This document shows, piece by piece, positions 60,827-64,000 of a stretch of DNA of 64,000 nucleotides. Position 1 is the stretch's first letter, and every line of letters starts with the position of its first letter. The notes beneath the pieces were generated by a model that did not search any database, was not told where the DNA came from, and was given only the letters and a program-made list of their open reading frames with translations. Source of the stretch: Jatrophihabitans sp. (GTDB taxonomy: Bacteria; Actinomycetota; Actinomycetes; Mycobacteriales; Jatrophihabitantaceae); assembly GCA_025927835.1 (NCBI GenBank), contig JAICKR010000003.1:32-64031 (forward strand). Reading direction: 5' to 3'. The translations under genes and the position numbers were made by a program.

Positions 60827-61890
60827 CCGACGCGGGCCAGGCAGTGCTCGTGGCAGTCGTCGACGTCGAGCAGCAGCGGTAGGCCGGCGCCGCGGAACAG
60901 GCTGCTCGCCGCTGTGGTGTCGCTGTAGACGTCGGCGGCCAGGATCATCGCCGCGGACGTCCAGGCGGCTTGCTGCGCCGGCCAGTTCGTGTCCTCGGGC
61001 CAGACCCAGCCCGTCCAGTACCCGCCGGAGTCGGTGCGCAGGAACTGCACGTCGCGCAGCAGCTGCAGCCCGGCGGCGCGATCGCCGACGGTGTCGAGTG
61101 CCATCACCAGTTCGAACGTCTCGGCCGCGGTGACCCAGGGCCGGTCGGACACGCAGCGGCAGCCGCGGCCCGCCACCACGAATTCGTCCCAGCGCGCATC
61201 GAGTGCGCGGCGCGCGGCGGTGCCGGTCAGTGCGCCGCCGAGCACCGGGTAGTACCAGTCCATCGAGAAGACGCTCTTGTCGACGAACAGGTCCGGGTGC
61301 ACCGCGACCGCGTGCGCGAGCCGGCCGACCGCGAGCTCCCAGTCGGGCTGCGGATCGTCGACGAGCTCGGCCAGCGCGAGCGCGCACCGCAACGAGAGCA
61401 CGCTGCAGGCGCTGCCGGTGAGCAGCGCGTCCGTGTTGATCTCGCCCTGCTCGTCGCGCGACCAGGCGAGCGCGCCGTCGAGGCGCTGCAGCTCGACGAC
61501 GAGGTCGATCGCGCGCCGCACGACCGGCCACATCTCGGCGACGAACGCGCGGTCGCGGGTGATCAGCCACTGGTGCCACACGCCGGTCGCGACGTAGGCG
61601 ACCTGGTTCGTGTCGATGCTGCTGTTGCGCACCGTGGTGCCGACGGTCTCCATCGGCCAGCTGCCGTCCGCGGCCTGGTGCTCGACCGTCCAGCGGAAGG
61701 CGTGCCGTGCCTCGTCGAGCAGTCCGGCGACGGTGAGCGCCATCGCGCCTTCGACGTGATCCCACGGGTCGCCGTGCTCGCCCTCGAACCACGGGATCAG
61801 CCCGTCGGGCTGTTGCAGCGACACGATGTGCTCGGCTGTGCGGCGCACGTCGTGCGCCGTGACGATGCCGGGGAGCTCGGGCAGCGTCAT
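60823..61890 (-). CDS. (alpha/alpha)-barrel protein of the prenyltransferase/glycosidase type
   Basis: Q..DG.IPW, DPWDHVE, SMDWYYPVLGG, PWVTAAET, repeated Q..DG.W motifs. Confidence 0.75.
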   Translation of the reverse strand: MTLPELPGIVTAHDVRRTAEHIVSLQQPDGLIPWFEGEHGDPWDHVEGAMALTVAGLLDEARHAFRWTVEHQAADGSWPMETVGTTVRNSSIDTNQVAYVATGVWHQWLITRDRAFVAEMWPVVRRAIDLVVELQRLDGALAWSRDEQGEINTDALLTGSACSVLSLRCALALAELVDDPQPDWELAVGRLAHAVAVHPDLFVDKSVFSMDWYYPVLGGALTGTAARRALDARWDEFVVAGRGCRCVSDRPWVTAAETFELVMALDTVGDRAAGLQLLRDVQFLRTDSGGYWTGWVWPEDTNWPAQQAAWTSAAMILAADVYSDTTAASSLFRGAGLPLLLDVDDCHEHCLARVG

Positions 61891-62594
61891 GGCTTGTCGA
61901 AGTAGAGGACGAGGCTCTTGCCCAGCACCGGGTTGAGCAGCCGCTCGGCCGTCTGGGTCGGCCAGGGCCGGCTCATCATGTCCCACACGAGCAGCCGGTG
62001 GTAGGCGCGCGTCGCGCGGGTCTCGCGCTCGACGCCGACCGCGCACTTGAGCCACCAGTACGGCGAGTGCAGCGCGTGCGCATGGTGGCTGCCGGCGAAG
62101 CGGAGGCCAGCCGCTTCGAGCGCGCCGACGAGCCGGTTGCCGCGGTAGATGCGCACGTGGCCGCCCTCGACGTTGTGGTAGTCGTCGGAGAGCAACCAGC
62201 AGATCTGTTCGGTCCAGCGCCGCGGCACGGTGACCGCAACGCGCCCGCCGGGGCGGGTGACGCGCGCGATCTCGTTGATGACCGTGCGGTCGTCGGGAAT
62301 GTGTTCCAGGATCTCGGCCGCGATCACGTGGTCGAAGTGGCCGTCGGCGAACGGCAGGACGTTCGCGTCACCGGCGAGGGCGACCGGGCCGTCGGGCGGC
62401 TTGATCTCGCCTGCCTCGGCCATCGCAGCCACCATCTCATCGACGCCGCGCAGGTCGTCGAGGTTCTGGTCGAGCGCGACGACGTCGGCGCCGAGGCGCA
62501 ATGCCTCGAAGGTATGCCGGCCGGCGCCGCAGCCGAGGTCGAGCAGCCGCTCACCTTCGCGCAGCCCGAGCCTGGTGTAGTCGACGGTCAGCAT
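61887..62594 (-). CDS. Class I SAM-dependent methyltransferase
   Basis: LDLGCGAGRH, AEILEHIPDD, GGHVRIY, HALHSPYWWLKC. Confidence 0.9.
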   Translation of the reverse strand: MLTVDYTRLGLREGERLLDLGCGAGRHTFEALRLGADVVALDQNLDDLRGVDEMVAAMAEAGEIKPPDGPVALAGDANVLPFADGHFDHVIAAEILEHIPDDRTVINEIARVTRPGGRVAVTVPRRWTEQICWLLSDDYHNVEGGHVRIYRGNRLVGALEAAGLRFAGSHHAHALHSPYWWLKCAVGVERETRATRAYHRLLVWDMMSRPWPTQTAERLLNPVLGKSLVLYFDKP

Positions 62595-62601
62595 GCGGGC
62601 A

Positions 62602-63867
62602 TCACGCTCCCTGCCGCGCCGCTGCGAAGCGGGCGATCTCGTTGCGGTAGACCTCGGCGGTGGCGCGTGCGGTGGCATCCCAGCTCAGCCGCTCGAGGGC
62701 GCGGGCGCGGGCGCTCGTGCCGAGCGCGGCGCGCCGCGCGGGGTCGGCGAGCAGCTCGGCGAGCGTGCGCGAGAGCGTCTCGTGGTCGCCGGCCGGGAAG
62801 AGGATGCCGGCTGCGCCGTCGCGGCCGACGACCTCGGGCAGCGCGCCCGCGTCGCTCGCGACGACCGGCGTGCCGGCCGACAGGGCCTCGGCGGCGGGCA
62901 GCGAGAAACCCTCGTAGAGGGACGGGACGCACATGACCTCGGCGGACGCGAGCAGGGTGGCCACGGCTTCCTCGGTGAGGCCGGACACGAACTGCACCCG
63001 CCAGCCGATGCCGAGCTCGGCGACGAGCTTCTCGGTCGGGCCGCCCGGCGTCGGCTTGGTGACGACGATGAGCTCGGCAGCCACCTCGGGTGGCAGCGCG
63101 TGCATCGCCCGCAGCAGCACCGAGAGGCCCTTGAGCGGCACGTCCGCGCTGCACATCGCGACGATGCGTCCGGGCACCCGCTCGCCGAGTGGGCGGAAGA
63201 CTTCGGTGTCGACGCCGATGGGCACGACGGTGAGCTGGTCGGGACGCAGCGTGAACTCGCGCACCGCGTCGTCTGCGCTGCTCTGCGACGGCGCGATCGA
63301 GATCGGATACAGCCGCGCGGTGCGCTGCTGGGCACGTACGAACCCGTACCACCTGCGCATCGTCAGCTTCTTGCGCCACGGCGCCGCGGCAATGTCGAGG
63401 CGTCGGTCGACGGAGATCGGGTGGTGCATGGTGCCGACGAGCGGCAGCCCGAGCGCCGGGATGCCGATCAGCTTCGGCGCGTAGGTCTGGTTGTCGTGCA
63501 CGACGTCGAACTCGCCGCGCCGGGCCGCGAGCAGCGGCAGCACCCGGTGGCCGAAGGTGCGCGGCTCGGCGAAGCCGGCGGTGCACATGATCGCGTACTC
63601 GAGCACGTCGATGCGTGTCTTGAAGGCACGCACACCCGGGAAGCTGAACGGGTCGGCGTCGTTGTAGAGGTCGAGGCTGGGCACCTCGGTGAGCCCGACC
63701 GTGTCGTCGAGTTCGGGGTAGGGCGGGCCGGAGAACACCTCGACCGAGTGGCCCAGGCGCACGAGCGCGCGCGACAGCTGACGGACGTAGACACCCTGGC
63801 CACCACAGTGCGGCTTGCTGCGGTACGACGTCAGGGCGATGCGCAGCGGCTGGTCGACGTTGCTCAA
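62602..63867 (-). CDS. Glycosyltransferase family 4
   Basis: SYRSKPHCGGQGVY, VHDNQ, PSLYEGFSLPAAEA. Confidence 0.92.
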   Translation of the reverse strand: MSNVDQPLRIALTSYRSKPHCGGQGVYVRQLSRALVRLGHSVEVFSGPPYPELDDTVGLTEVPSLDLYNDADPFSFPGVRAFKTRIDVLEYAIMCTAGFAEPRTFGHRVLPLLAARRGEFDVVHDNQTYAPKLIGIPALGLPLVGTMHHPISVDRRLDIAAAPWRKKLTMRRWYGFVRAQQRTARLYPISIAPSQSSADDAVREFTLRPDQLTVVPIGVDTEVFRPLGERVPGRIVAMCSADVPLKGLSVLLRAMHALPPEVAAELIVVTKPTPGGPTEKLVAELGIGWRVQFVSGLTEEAVATLLASAEVMCVPSLYEGFSLPAAEALSAGTPVVASDAGALPEVVGRDGAAGILFPAGDHETLSRTLAELLADPARRAALGTSARARALERLSWDATARATAEVYRNEIARFAAARQGA

Positions 63868-64000
63868 GCGCGCCGCCCGGCGGAGACCGGAAGCGAGATC
63901 CGGGGCTGGAAGGCGAAGGACGCGCCGCCGCTGAACCGCGTCACCTGCACCTCGGCCGCCTCGGGTGCGGCGTCGTCTCGCGCGACGACAGTCAGCTGCC
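63864..64000 (-). CDS. 3' end of an upstream gene (partial, function unknown)
   Basis: Open frame QLTVVARDD...GRRA* whose stop overlaps the TTG start of the GT4 gene. Confidence 0.45.
   Translation of the reverse strand, partial: QLTVVARDDAAPEAAEVQVTRFSGGASFAFQPRISLPVSAGRRA

Overview
High-GC actinobacterial chromosomal segment (taxonomy inferred from gene order and codon bias). It starts in the core tRNA-Pro/tig/clpP1/clpP2/clpX locus. Next come amino-sugar recycling genes with a DasR-type site, a Zn/Mn ABC transporter, small stress proteins, and a selenocysteine locus (selB-selC-selD) with no selA in the window. These are followed by a glycosyltransferase/molybdoenzyme/DUF2064-like cluster, recQ, a 3-hydroxyanthranilate meta-cleavage operon, and an accessory stretch in which several operons carry internal deletions (split dikinase-like pair, lutABC, GNAT). 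The right part holds MFS/regulator pairs, a two-component system, a P450/monooxygenase/hydrolase cluster, a molybdopterin oxidoreductase and a GT4-methyltransferase operon. The most interesting items are: a ~107-nt minus-strand structured RNA candidate divergent from a phospholipase-D-family gene; a secreted Phi-1/EXORDIUM-like protein with five ASH-type Ig repeats coupled to a chagasin-like lipoprotein; an NHLP-clan leader protein with an apparent ATC start; a cNMP-fused split dikinase; and the selA-less sel locus. No CRISPR array, rRNA, transposase or integrase was seen. All family calls come from motif recognition by eye, not database searches.
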